The notes: generated by a model from the sequence alone, not told the origin. Positions 1-9,999 are shown, numbered from the stretch's first letter. The stretch is DNA of 64,000 nucleotides from an uncultured Spirochaetota bacterium (GCA_963827275.1 CAWHAA010000005.1:480001-544000); one strand, 5' to 3'. Translations and numbers: made by a program.

Positions 1-429
1 CTGCACGGAAAGGGATTTGTCACTTTCAAAGAGGAGCCCCTGACAGGAAAGCAGGACCGCAAGGTCTATACCATAACCAGAAAGGGGAAAGAGGAATTAC
101 AGGCATGGCTGACGGAGCCCCTTGAGTTTACCTTTTCCATGACGAGCTTCCAGAAATTTTTATTAAAACTTACGTTCATGGGCTCGGTCGATAAAGAACG
201 GATCCTGACGTATTTGCGCGCCGGACTTGAGCATTATACCAGGGAAAAAAATGAATTTACCGCAGAGAACCTCTCCGTCGAAGAAAATTACATCGACAAG
301 GACCAGGAAGACAGCAAAAAGCACCTTGCACTATGGCAGCACGAGTTCGAATATATATTGAAAGAAATCAATTTGAGGATCAACTGGATTAAAAACACGA
401 TTGAAAGCATTGAAAACGAAACATTTTAA
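1..429 (+). CDS. PadR-family transcriptional regulator (5'-truncated by window edge)
   Basis: Frame 1 is open from base 1: LHGKGFVTFKEEPLTGKQDRKVYTITRKGKEELQAWL matches the PadR wing/helix motif (RKvYtiTxxG). A helical C-terminal domain follows. Confidence 0.85.
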   Translation: MHGKGFVTFKEEPLTGKQDRKVYTITRKGKEELQAWLTEPLEFTFSMTSFQKFLLKLTFMGSVDKERILTYLRAGLEHYTREKNEFTAENLSVEENYIDKDQEDSKKHLALWQHEFEYILKEINLRINWIKNTIESIENETF

Positions 430-570
430 CACGCTGCATGAATAATCCACCTGAATTACCCCGCCATCCAAACAGCACGTATGGTCCGATTTACAAAGCC
501 GCATTTCCATGCCGGGTCATGACGTCCCCGGGCGTTGCGTCCGGCAGTCAACGTCCCGTCCCGCCTCCGG

Positions 571-2988
571 TCATGAACCGGCCGCGCGCCCGATGACATT
601 CAGGGTGCCGCGGCGGCCGTCGATTTCCACGATATCGCCGTTCGAAAGGGCGCTCATTGCCCCCGGCACTCCCGTGATCATGGGCAGCCCGTATTCCCGG
701 GCCACGACAGCGCCATGCGAAAGCATGCACCCGGTCTCCGTCACGAGGCCCCCCGCGATGCTGTAATAGGGGGTCCACCCGATATCGGTGAAGGAGGCGA
801 CCATGATTTCCCCGCTCCGCAGGGACTCCGCGTCATTCACGCTGAATACCAGGCGGACGGCGCCGCGCACGATCCCGGCGCTCACGGGCATGCCCTGCAT
901 GACCGTGCCGCTCCGGCCGGATGCGGACATGTCGAGGGGCACGGCAGCGCCGCGAAAGACATCGGGGTAGCGCCGGCACATCTGCTCGGGAAGCAGCCGC
1001 CGCCGCTTCGCGGCCTTCCGCACCAGGGACGGATTCCCGGTCCGCACAACATCGCCAAGCTCGCTGCGCGTAAAAAAGAAAATGAGGTCCCCGTCGGGGA
1101 TGACGCCCCGCTCGGCCAGGAGCGCGGCGAGCCTCCGGTAGGCGTGCTTGAACCTGCCCTGGATTTTTATTACCAGGGACTTGCAATGCTCGCGGCCGAA
1201 CACGCCGCTGCGGGCCTGCCTCACGGCCCAGCGGAACGCGCGGCCCGACAGGACCGGGTTGTCCGCGGGCAGAGTGACGGCCGCCGCCGCTTCCCTCTCC
1301 CGTCCGGCCGCGCCGCCTGCGGCCATGCGCTGGAGCATGACAACCAGTTGGGAAGGGTCCTCTCCCCAATCCTTTTCCCTGAGCTCCGCCTCGCGGATGC
1401 AGCGGTGGCCATGGCGCGCAAGGAGCGCCCGGAAGGCGACGCCATGCGTCCCGCTTGCCGCGCCGGCCAGCCACCGGGCCGCCGCGTCCGGGTCCATGGC
1501 CGCGAATGCATCGCGGACGGCGGCGTCGCACGCCATGCCGGCGGCGATCTCCTCCAGGGACCGCACCACGGCGGCGCTCTCGATCCCCTCGATAGCGCTG
1601 AGGAGGGAGGTCAGCGCGCCGTCAAGCTCCTCCGCCGGCACGCCCCCCTTCCGAAGGATCTCCTGCACGATCCCGTTCATGACCCCCGAATGGATGCTTA
1701 CGCAGAGATGCCGGGCGTAGGCCCGGTTCAGGACGGTGATGCGGCGCTCAATGGCTTCGTAGAGACGCAGCGGGTCGCTCTCCGACAGATCGATCGCGAA
1801 GGCCGCGGCCGTTTTCTCCAGGCGGCGGAGTGACACTCCCTTCTGCATCACATACCAGGCCATGCGGAAGCTGTTTACGAGCCGCACCGCGAAGGGGGCC
1901 GGGCCGCCCGCCGGGCCCTCGTCGAGGGCATGGCCGAGAAGGTTCTGCTCGTAGCTCTTCCGCGTCGTGCCCAGGACGCGGTCCGCCATGAGCAGCATCA
2001 GGTCCAGGTTGAAGAAGAGGTGCCCGCCGAACGAGACAACGAACCGCTCGTCCCGGTTCGCGCGCGTAAGGGCGCCGGCGGTGCGGTAAAAATAGCGCAC
2101 GCAGAAATCGATGGCATCGCCGAACACGTTCATGGTAAGGGGCGTGACCGCCCCGGGCATCATCTCGCCGATGTTGGCGCGCGTGAAGAACTGGCCGTCC
2201 CGCGCCGGGTAGTCAAACTCGTCCGCGCCGGGGCCCTCGAGGGTCGTAATCGGCCGCGCCTGGAGCCAGTAGAGGCTTCCCGAATCGTCCACGGCCCATT
2301 CAAGGTCCAGGTGCCGCTTCATCTGTTCCGCGGCGATGCGGGACTGGCGCGCCAGCTCCCGCGCGAGATCAGCGCCGATCAGGGGGCCGCCCGGGGCCGG
2401 CTCCTCACTGACGGTCCTGCCGCCGCCGTCGACGCGATAGCGGCTGGCAAGCCGTTCGCCGCTCACCAGGGATTCGCCGAGCCCGTGGACCGCTTCGATG
2501 AGCGCGCACTCCGTGTCTCCCGTAACCGGATCGGCCGTAAAAATGACGCCGGCATAGCGCGGAGCGACCATGCGCTGGACCACCACTGCCATGGGCGCGG
2601 CGGCTCCTTCCGTCATCGTGCCGCGGTACGCGGCGACGCGGTCCGACCCGGCGGACATGGCGCATGACCTGACCGCGTCCCTGAGGCCGGTCAGTGAATC
2701 GATATTGAGGTGCGTGGCGAACTGCCCCGCGAAGGAGGCCCCTTCCCCGTCCTCGTCGCAAGCGGATGACCGCACCGCCCACGGACCGGGGCCGATAAGC
2801 CCGGGCACCGCGGCGACCGCCTCCTCCGTTACGCGGGCCGGGTCACGTATCACCAGGGCCGGGGGAACATTAAGCCCTGCGCTCATCAACGCCCGGAGAC
2901 CCGCTGCCTTGCCGCCGCCTTCACCTTCAGCAAGATCGCAGAGCCGCACCAGGGCCGGCGCGCCCTCTATTTTTTCAATGAAGGTCAT
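571..2988 (-). CDS. PEP-synthase-like phosphotransferase (PPDK_N ATP-grasp + central domain + C-terminal swivel His domain; rifampin phosphotransferase/PigC architecture)
   Basis: Motifs GGKAAGL, AVRSSACDEDG..SFAGQF, AVVVQRMV, DLEWA..LQARPIT, NIGEMMPG, and C-terminal TDIGWTP...LSHGAVVAREYGLP. Start placed at ATG 2988 (MTFIEK), overlapping the upstream gene's stop. Confidence 0.88.
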   Translation of the reverse strand: MTFIEKIEGAPALVRLCDLAEGEGGGKAAGLRALMSAGLNVPPALVIRDPARVTEEAVAAVPGLIGPGPWAVRSSACDEDGEGASFAGQFATHLNIDSLTGLRDAVRSCAMSAGSDRVAAYRGTMTEGAAAPMAVVVQRMVAPRYAGVIFTADPVTGDTECALIEAVHGLGESLVSGERLASRYRVDGGGRTVSEEPAPGGPLIGADLARELARQSRIAAEQMKRHLDLEWAVDDSGSLYWLQARPITTLEGPGADEFDYPARDGQFFTRANIGEMMPGAVTPLTMNVFGDAIDFCVRYFYRTAGALTRANRDERFVVSFGGHLFFNLDLMLLMADRVLGTTRKSYEQNLLGHALDEGPAGGPAPFAVRLVNSFRMAWYVMQKGVSLRRLEKTAAAFAIDLSESDPLRLYEAIERRITVLNRAYARHLCVSIHSGVMNGIVQEILRKGGVPAEELDGALTSLLSAIEGIESAAVVRSLEEIAAGMACDAAVRDAFAAMDPDAAARWLAGAASGTHGVAFRALLARHGHRCIREAELREKDWGEDPSQLVVMLQRMAAGGAAGREREAAAAVTLPADNPVLSGRAFRWAVRQARSGVFGREHCKSLVIKIQGRFKHAYRRLAALLAERGVIPDGDLIFFFTRSELGDVVRTGNPSLVRKAAKRRRLLPEQMCRRYPDVFRGAAVPLDMSASGRSGTVMQGMPVSAGIVRGAVRLVFSVNDAESLRSGEIMVASFTDIGWTPYYSIAGGLVTETGCMLSHGAVVAREYGLPMITGVPGAMSALSNGDIVEIDGRRGTLNVIGRAAGS

Positions 2989-3997
2989 AATCGAAGCGGC
3001 GCACGTTGTAGCCGAATTCGCAGATGCCCCTGCCGGGGACGCCGTCCAGGGTAAAGGCGGATACCCATTCGCAGACGCGGTACACGTCATCCATGAGCCA
3101 TCTGAATTCCGGCCCCCTGACGCATGATGCCGTAAGCCGCCGCCCGTCGGCCAGGTCCAGGTTGAAACGGAACGAAGCAGGCGGTCCTTCGCCGGGGGCA
3201 ATCCCGGCGAAGGGCGTGGACTCGGCAACGGGCGTGTAGCGGCCGTCCTTAGCGTAAAAACCCGCCTTTATCCTGATAAACGGATATTCGGGCAGGCTCA
3301 GGTTCACGAAGGAGCCGTCGTCGAGGCAGAGGCAGAGCCAGACGTGACGGTCCAGGGCGTCCCAGGAGCGGGGCCCGAAGGAATGGTCGCGAATATACTT
3401 CATGGCGAGCGCGCGCGTTTCCCCGTCGACGGACAGCGAGCCGGTGAGGTCGCCGCCCTGCTCGTAGTGGTGCTGGTGCATGCCGCGCAGCGTAAGAAAA
3501 AATTCCTTCGACCATCTCTCCGCCGCCATGGCGCGCGCCATCGGCGCGGGGCCCATGTCGTTGGTAAAGTGGAAAATCGGGAATGCGGAGGTGAGCCCGG
3601 CATTGAACCTGACCCTTGCCGGCCGCCCCTTCTCATCCATCATCGTGCCCGCAAAGGAAAGCTCGAATTTTTTTTCCGGCTCGCGGCAGATTATTGTAAG
3701 CGGGCTGCCCTCGAAACCCGTGATCGATTGCTGCAGCACTTCGGGAACGGAGAGGCGTCCGCGCCCCGGGAGGCTCAGGGAGAACCAGAGCTCGAACGCG
3801 CCCGTGCCGCGGCCCGCCAGCCGCAGGATAACGGCGGTGCCGTCCGGCGCATGGCCCGTGAAATAGTAGCTGTTGTTGTATTCCGGCACCGACCGGTCAA
3901 CAGACAGGTCCCGTTCCGCCGCGGCGGCATCAAAATCAGAGCCGCGAATGCTCCGCCCGACCATGGCTTTCGCCAGGCAGTATTTAATGGGATTCAC
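2975..3997 (-). CDS. Hypothetical beta-rich protein (AttH/tocopherol-cyclase/lipocalin-like fold suspected)
   Basis: 340-aa ORF with a GTG start and AGGAGG upstream. Motifs NSYYF, HYEQ, RDHSFGPRSW and G.CEF are typical of double beta-barrel AttH-like families (recognised from memory). Confidence 0.65.
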   Translation of the reverse strand: MNPIKYCLAKAMVGRSIRGSDFDAAAAERDLSVDRSVPEYNNSYYFTGHAPDGTAVILRLAGRGTGAFELWFSLSLPGRGRLSVPEVLQQSITGFEGSPLTIICREPEKKFELSFAGTMMDEKGRPARVRFNAGLTSAFPIFHFTNDMGPAPMARAMAAERWSKEFFLTLRGMHQHHYEQGGDLTGSLSVDGETRALAMKYIRDHSFGPRSWDALDRHVWLCLCLDDGSFVNLSLPEYPFIRIKAGFYAKDGRYTPVAESTPFAGIAPGEGPPASFRFNLDLADGRRLTASCVRGPEFRWLMDDVYRVCEWVSAFTLDGVPGRGICEFGYNVRRFDYDLH

Positions 3998-4232
3998 GAG
4001 AGGTAAACCTCCTATTTCAGCTCGAGGAGAGACAGGGCCCCCCTCTGACGCGGCCTGATGGGCGCGAAGCCCACTCTTATATATTTCAGGAGCGCGTCTT
4101 GTACGGTAATGGGGTAGTATATTGCAGAATCCGCTCGTCCTGTAAAGAAGAATTTTAAGAACGGGAAAACCGGCGCGGTTGTCTCAACAATGACGGCGCT
4201 TAAAACTCGTCCCCGGCCGCATCCTTATTCCG

Positions 4233-5531
4233 CTACTTTATTTTTTTCACCAGCACTTTATCGATCCTGTTGCCATCCATATCGACAACCTCGAAAGAAT
4301 GGCCCCCGTGCCTGAGCGTTTCACCCGTCTTCGGGATCCGACCGGCATGTTCCATGATAAATCCGGCGAGGGTATTATACGCGCCGTCCCCGGAAATATC
4401 CAGATTGAAATGCTCCATGAAATCATCCACCGATATCATCCCGTCGACAAGAAAGCTCCCGTCCCTGCGCCGCGTGATTTTCCGGCTCTCTTCCTCAGGC
4501 ACTTCCGGCACATCACCCACAATTTCCTCGATGACGTCATGCAAAGTAACGATGCCGGTCACTCCCCCGTACTCGTCGATGGCGAAGGCGATATGGGATT
4601 TGTTCGCCTTGAACAGCTCCAGCAGCTTGAGGGGGCTGATGCTCTCGGGCGCATACATCGGCTTTTCAATATGCCGCGCAAGCGACCTGTATTCGCCCCG
4701 GACGATCTTTCTTAAAACGTCCCGTGTCTTGATCACGCCGATGACATGGTCCAGCCCGTTTCTGCACACGGGCAGGTACGGATAATCCCCGAACTCGATT
4801 ATCCTTTCCCTGATTTTCTTCGCGGCTTCCGTTATCTCGATGTATTTAATGTCCGGCCTCGGTGTCATGATGGAGGCGATCCTGTTCCCATGAAGATCGA
4901 ACACTCCTTCGACCATCTCGGCCTGCTGCTTTTTGATCAGGCCGAACGCCTCCCCCTCCTTGATGAGCACCTTGATCTCCTCCTCCGTGACAGGAGGCTC
5001 CTCCTTGTGAACGCTTTTTGACCCAAGGAGATTCATGATAACATTGGTAATGACGGTAAACAGACGGACCAGCGGCATCAATATGATGGACACCATTTTC
5101 ATGGGGTACACGACAATAGACGCTATACGCTCGGGCCTGCCCAGGGCAATGCGCTTGGGGATGAGCTCGCCAAGGAGTATTGTGATGAACGTTATCGAAA
5201 CAACCAGTATCGCGGTACTGAGGAAATCGCCGTACCGGGCAATCGCCGGCACCGTCACAAAATACGCCCGGAGGCTCTCCGCGATTGTCTCCTCGCCATA
5301 CGCCCCGGCGAGGATGCCGATAAGGGTTATCCCGATCTGGATCGTTGACAGAAAAGAGGTGGGCGATTCCACCAGCGCCAGCACCGCGCGGTAGGATGCG
5401 CGCCCCTCATCAGCCTTGGCTTTCAGACGCAGCTTCCGTGACGAAACCACCGCCATTTCCGACATTGAGAACAACCCGTTCAGGAGCACCATGGAAAAAA
5501 TCACCAGTATAGCAAACAGTTCATTTGACAT
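4233..5531 (-). CDS. Hemolysin/CNNM-family protein (DUF21 + CBS pair + CorC_HlyC), Mg/Co transport related
   Basis: LNGLFSMSEMAVVSSR, FLSTIQIGITL, GELIPKRIAL, IMTPR, DEYGGVTGIVTLHDVIEEIVGD, TLAGFIM. Confidence 0.95.
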   Translation of the reverse strand: MSNELFAILVIFSMVLLNGLFSMSEMAVVSSRKLRLKAKADEGRASYRAVLALVESPTSFLSTIQIGITLIGILAGAYGEETIAESLRAYFVTVPAIARYGDFLSTAILVVSITFITILLGELIPKRIALGRPERIASIVVYPMKMVSIILMPLVRLFTVITNVIMNLLGSKSVHKEEPPVTEEEIKVLIKEGEAFGLIKKQQAEMVEGVFDLHGNRIASIMTPRPDIKYIEITEAAKKIRERIIEFGDYPYLPVCRNGLDHVIGVIKTRDVLRKIVRGEYRSLARHIEKPMYAPESISPLKLLELFKANKSHIAFAIDEYGGVTGIVTLHDVIEEIVGDVPEVPEEESRKITRRRDGSFLVDGMISVDDFMEHFNLDISGDGAYNTLAGFIMEHAGRIPKTGETLRHGGHSFEVVDMDGNRIDKVLVKKIK

Positions 5532-5784
5532 AACCGTACACCCCTGTCCTCTCTTACAGAATCCATAGTCAAATCATGCGGATTATCTTCATTAATTATA
5601 ATGTATCGTAAAGAATAAAATCAACCGGAAAAACATCAGGGCAGGAAATATAGGGGCATCAGGATACAATTTCTTAAAATAAAATAATCACCATGGCCGG
5701 CGGGGCGTTCGTCATGGCGTTGTCTCCGACATCATATACGCTGACCGGGGTGTGTACTGTTCTCATGCGCGCCGCGGTGCAGCA

Positions 5785-6684
5785 TCACCGTGACCTGAAC
5801 AACCCGTTCTTCATGACCTCCTGTCCGGCGCTGTTAAAAACGGCAAAGGGCTGCTCACCCGGGGCTGAAGGCGCATAGCCGACGAGTGTCAGCGACTGCC
5901 CGGGAAGGACGAACCCCGAAAACCGGCCCCTGACAGACTTCAGCCGGGAGAGGTCGTCCGCCAGTTGCCGCCGGGTCAGCGACGAGCAGCACATGGCCAT
6001 GAAGCATACCCCGTGGAGGATCGTGCGCGGAAGGCCGGACATCCTCGCCAGCACGTGGCTTGTATGGATAAAATTATTATCCCCCGAGACCGCGGCATAG
6101 GCGAGCTGTTGTCCCTCCCAGGTGCTGATTTCGGCGCGGAAACTCTCCCCCCTTGCCGGCCGCGTGCCGGCCGCGCGCTTCTCACGGACCGGCCTCGTTC
6201 CGCCGCCCCTGACCAGGAACCCCATCAGGGCCTCCACGGCGAGGGCGTCCCCGATAAAACCCTGCGCGCTGACGGTCATCATCTCACCGGCGGGAGTGTC
6301 ATGGATGTCTTTGACAAAGACCCTTCCCCGGACGCGGTCGCCGATACGCACCGGGACATGCCAGGCCACCTCCTGTTCGCCATGCACCATCTTCAGGAGA
6401 TTCAGCCCCAGGTCCCTGTGGGTGAGAACGCGTATCAGCTGATCATGGACCAGGCCCGAGAGGAAAAAAGGAGGAACGATCGCCCGCTCCTTTGCGTATT
6501 CGGGATTGGTGTCGCCGGTGGCCCGCGCATACGACAGCACCCTGTCGCGCTCCACCGTGACCTCGCACTCATCGATGGCGTAGCCGATCATCTCCCGGTT
6601 CAACGCCCGTGAATTGATGTTCCTCATGAGGGCAGTGAAAAGCCCCATGGTCCCGGGTCTGCCCGCCTGTTTTGTTCTGTTCAT
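5785..6684 (-). CDS. Double hot-dog MaoC-family (R)-enoyl-CoA hydratase/dehydratase
   Basis: YARATGDTNP, MVHGEQ, and YAAVSGDNNFIH...ILHG (D-4x-H hydratase motif). Start chosen at ATG 6684 after GAGG. Confidence 0.88.
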   Translation of the reverse strand: MNRTKQAGRPGTMGLFTALMRNINSRALNREMIGYAIDECEVTVERDRVLSYARATGDTNPEYAKERAIVPPFFLSGLVHDQLIRVLTHRDLGLNLLKMVHGEQEVAWHVPVRIGDRVRGRVFVKDIHDTPAGEMMTVSAQGFIGDALAVEALMGFLVRGGGTRPVREKRAAGTRPARGESFRAEISTWEGQQLAYAAVSGDNNFIHTSHVLARMSGLPRTILHGVCFMAMCCSSLTRRQLADDLSRLKSVRGRFSGFVLPGQSLTLVGYAPSAPGEQPFAVFNSAGQEVMKNGLFRSR

Positions 6685-6792
6685 AACGTCCTCGCCATTA
6701 CGGGAATGGCCGCGCCGAAGCAGGATTATCCCGTATTTCTGTCTGCTGTTATAAATGAAAGTACACCACACGGCGGGGATTAATCTTCCTCT

Positions 6793-6870
6793 ATCATGAT
6801 TTTAAAGGTAATGCCTATTTAAAAATCATGATTTCGGAAGGCGGAACGGTTCAATTCTTCATGATTTCGG
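6793..6870. promoter_or_regulatory. Three phased TCATGATT boxes in the divergent MaoC/AraC intergenic region
   Basis: TCATGA at 6794, 6826 and 6859 (spacing 32 and 33 bp). The first two also form a near-perfect inverted repeat, ATCATGATTTTAAA...TTTAAAAATCATGAT. Confidence 0.55.
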
Positions 6871-6890
6871 AGTCACCGACTGATAAAAAT

Positions 6891-6920
6891 TTGACAAACA
6901 CGATGCTCCTGTTATATATT
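6891..6920 (+). promoter_or_regulatory. Sigma70-type promoter for the AraC gene
   Basis: TTGACA at 6891-6896 and TG-n-TATATA/TATATT at 6910-6920. Confidence 0.55.
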
Positions 6921-6988
6921 CCCCACACGGTGTCGGCAGGTTCTCAGAACAGGTGCGCCCGCACTGGAAAATTGGACCAGGTCAACCC

Positions 6989-8110
6989 ATGAACGTTACT
7001 CTTCAGGAACTCATTATTTTTTTCAGCGGAGTGCTGTACCTGCTCAGCGCCGTGATTTATCTGTTCGAAAAAGGCAAAACGGCGGCCCATTTCGTGCTTA
7101 TCGTCCTGTTATTCGCCGTGGGGATATGGCAGCTGTACCATGGCTGCATGGTGTCCGGCCTGCTGATGCGATACCCCCACCTCGCGCTCGTCCACGTGCC
7201 GGCCCTCTACCTCACCGCGCCGTTGCTCTATTTTTTCTTCAAGACCCTTGCCGGTGACAACCTTGAATTTACCTGGAAATCGGGCCTCCACCTGCTCCCG
7301 TGCATTTTCCTGACCATACTGTTGCTCCCTTTTTACCTTGAAACGCCGGGCGTAAAGCGCGAGCTGATACAGAACCCGCTCAACAAATCACTTGAATACC
7401 CCTTTTATCCGGTGATCATATTTATCTTCATCATCGCCATCAGCGCGTATGCCGCGATTTTTATCGTGCGCGGCCTGCCGCTTTTCAGGAAAAAAACGCT
7501 CTCCATAAAAAACATGACCTTCTTCTCCCTGCTCGTCATAGCCCTTAACTATTTCCTGATAATATTCTACCTCTTCGGGTTCACCATGGTAAAGCTGTTC
7601 AATGCCACCCAGACCTTTTACCTCTCCGTCATAAAAACGATCTCACTGGTCCAGGCGCTCCAGATCTGCCTGTTCATGATCATAAAAACGAGATATCCCG
7701 ACTATTTCAAGCAGATCAGGGAGGAGGGACAGCGGATACGCTACGCCGCTTCACGGATCGAGGGACTCGACGTGCGGGACGTCCTGGACAGGCTTGCCCA
7801 GCTGATGGAGGTAGAGAAGATTTTCTGCGATGAAGACCTGTCCCTGGTGGGGCTGGCAAACCAGCTCGACATCTCGCACTACCAGCTGTCGCAGATCCTG
7901 AACGAGCGCCTCGGGAAAAATTTCAACGCCTACATCAACGAATACCGGATACGGGAGGCGGAAAAACTGCTGATGGAGGAACCGGACCGCTCCGTCACCA
8001 GCATCTCGTACGCCGTCGGTTTTAACACGATTTCGTCGTTTTACAATGCCTTTTCAAAAACACATAACATGTCACCGGCGGCGTTCAGGAAAAACGCGGG
8101 GAACGAATAG
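6989..8110 (+). CDS. Membrane-anchored AraC-family regulator (multi-TM N-terminus + C-terminal AraC HTH)
   Basis: About 6-7 hydrophobic segments followed by DEDLSL..LA..LDISHYQLSQILN...NFNAYINEYRI..A..LL...SISYAVGFN.ISSFY.AF. Confidence 0.92.
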   Translation: MNVTLQELIIFFSGVLYLLSAVIYLFEKGKTAAHFVLIVLLFAVGIWQLYHGCMVSGLLMRYPHLALVHVPALYLTAPLLYFFFKTLAGDNLEFTWKSGLHLLPCIFLTILLLPFYLETPGVKRELIQNPLNKSLEYPFYPVIIFIFIIAISAYAAIFIVRGLPLFRKKTLSIKNMTFFSLLVIALNYFLIIFYLFGFTMVKLFNATQTFYLSVIKTISLVQALQICLFMIIKTRYPDYFKQIREEGQRIRYAASRIEGLDVRDVLDRLAQLMEVEKIFCDEDLSLVGLANQLDISHYQLSQILNERLGKNFNAYINEYRIREAEKLLMEEPDRSVTSISYAVGFNTISSFYNAFSKTHNMSPAAFRKNAGNE

Positions 8111-8160
8111 CCCTCCCGCCAGGGGCGCCGGTGAATTTTAATACCAGGGGGCATATCACC

Positions 8161-9750
8161 ATGAAAAAAATCGGGATGACGGCGACTGCGCAACAAAAAA
8201 CAGCGGCCGGCCCCATACCGGGACATACCCTGCTGCTGGCGCTGCTGTTGTGCGCCTGCCTCTCCGGCTGCGGCAGCTGCAAGAAGGGAAGCAGCGGCAT
8301 TGACAACATCGTCTGGTTCCCTTTCGAGCACCGCCTGGCGCAGGACTCCCCCTGGCCGATGTTTCAGCATGACGCTTCGCACACCGGCCGCTCGCCCCGC
8401 AGCGGCCCCGACAGCGTATCTTCCATAGAAGAAATCGACCTGTGCTGCTTCGGCTTTTTCGGGTCGCCGGTGGTAGACGCTGATTCAAATGTCTATATCG
8501 GATCGATCCGCTCCGCAGAATTTGAACTCACTGCGAACACCTGGCCGATCCCGTGGCAGGCGCCTCCGGCATATTCCATGCGATCGGCCCCGCCGGCACG
8601 CCGCTGGCCGGCTTTCCCTTCGATTCCGGGCGCGGGAGCGTGCTGGCGACTGCGATCGAGTGCGCGCCCCTTCTGCTCGATGACGGCAGCATCCTGTTCG
8701 GGAAGGACGACGGGTACATGTACCGCCTCGGGCCCGGCGGCGCGCCGGTATGGGAAGCCGCGTCGGATGACCCGTTCAACCCGCTCAGCCCCACCGACGA
8801 CAACGAGCAGATGATCCCGTCGCCGCTCCTGGGCCCCGGCAACACGGTATTCTTCCTCAGCCACTTTGCCGACGTGTACGGGCCCGGGCCTGTAGAAGAC
8901 GTAGTCGCCACGCATGCCCCTCGATCGATTACTTTAAAATCACCGCGACCCCCTGGTATTCCAAGCTTTACGCCCTCGATGTCGCAAGCGGCGGGCGCCG
9001 GTGGGTCTTTGACCCGGAGGCGGAGGGCTACGATCCCATGGTGGGATGGGGATCGCCCGCGCTGGGTGCAGACGGCTCCTGCATCATCGGGCTCATGCGT
9101 ACCACCCTGGTGGCGATGGACCACTACGTGCCGACCACGGGCCGGGTGTTGGCCATAGGCCCTGACGGGAGGCCCAGGTGGGTCTTCCCTTCGGGAGAGG
9201 ATCTGGATTATTCAATCTGGGCTTCCCCGGTCATCGCCCCTTCCGGCGACATCTATATCGGGGCAAGCGACTATCTCTATAATGGAAGCGCATGCCTCTA
9301 CTCGCTCACCGCCGAAGGCGTGGAGCGCTGGCATTATGATTTTCCCGCGGATGAAAACACGATCGCGGCCACTCCCGCGCTCCGCTCGGACGGGAGCATC
9401 ATCGTCGCCACGCAAAGGCGCAATACGACAGATCCGGTCGAACGCTACGGCGCGGTCTATGCCCTTGACGACCAGGGCGCCCTCCTGTGGCGCTACCCGG
9501 CGGCAGGGACGGTCCCGGCCGGCTTCTATTCCTCGCCGCTGGTCGATGCTTCCGACCGCGTGTATATCGCAAACGAGCCGTTCCCCTGGGTGTCGGGCAC
9601 GGGCCTTCTCCTGTGCCTGGACAGCACGGGCGATCTCCTGTTCGAGCGAGAGCGCTGGGCGACTATGTGCACGGCAGCCTGGCGCTCGGTCCTGACGGGG
9701 CGCTCTACGTTCCCCTGCGCAGCCCGTCCCGTCTTCTTATAATCAGGTGA
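8161..9750 (+). pseudogene. PQQ-like beta-propeller lipoprotein (BamB-like repeats) interrupted by three -1 frameshifts
   Basis: Lipobox LSGC, WPMFQHDASHTGRSP and repeated SP-x-x-x-x-dG-x-I-Y/W blades continue across frames 1->3->2->1. Breaks are at about 8526-8565, 8890-8925 and 9640-9660. The joined product is about 530 aa. Confidence 0.75.
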
Positions 9751-9829
9751 TTGTTCGCCGCGCCGCGAACCTGCCCGGGTCATTTCCGCAACAACGCCAG
9801 AAAGCACGGCTTATAAACCGGCACGACCC

Positions 9830-9866
9830 CGGCACGGCGTCCCCGGGGACCCGCGGCGCCGTGCCG
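9830..9866. terminator. GC-rich hairpin downstream of the beta-propeller gene
   Basis: CGGCACGGCG (9830-9839) pairs with CGCCGTGCCG (9857-9866). An A-run, not a U-run, follows on the + strand, so its role as a terminator is uncertain. Confidence 0.35.
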
Positions 9867-9878
9867 ATAAAAAACAAT

Positions 9879-9985
9879 TTGACAAAAAACCCGGCGAAAC
9901 TATCATTTTATTATAGTGATTAAACATACATATCTTTTCATACTTAATTTAATTCTTAATTAATGTAATTAAGAAAACTATCATT
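9879..9985 (+). promoter_or_regulatory. Promoter and palindromic operator candidate of the steroid-like operon
   Basis: TTGACA 9879-9884, 16-bp spacer, TATCAT 9901-9906. Perfect inverted repeat TTCTTAATTA-atg-TAATTAAGAA at 9953-9975. Confidence 0.6.
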
Positions 9986-9999
9986 AAAGAGTCATTCCA

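Noticed and set aside
571..2988. Calling this gene ppsA or rph
   Set aside because: It lacks the C-terminal PEP-binding barrel of PpsA. Rifamycin specificity cannot be shown from sequence alone.
2989..3228. N-terminal extension of the 885-aa ORF call
   Set aside because: It overlaps the upstream real gene in another frame. The recognisable domain starts after ATG 2988.
4020..4080. CTGATG plus hairpin resembling a hammerhead or riboswitch
   Set aside because: There is no CUGAUGA/GAAA core, and no + strand gene lies downstream.
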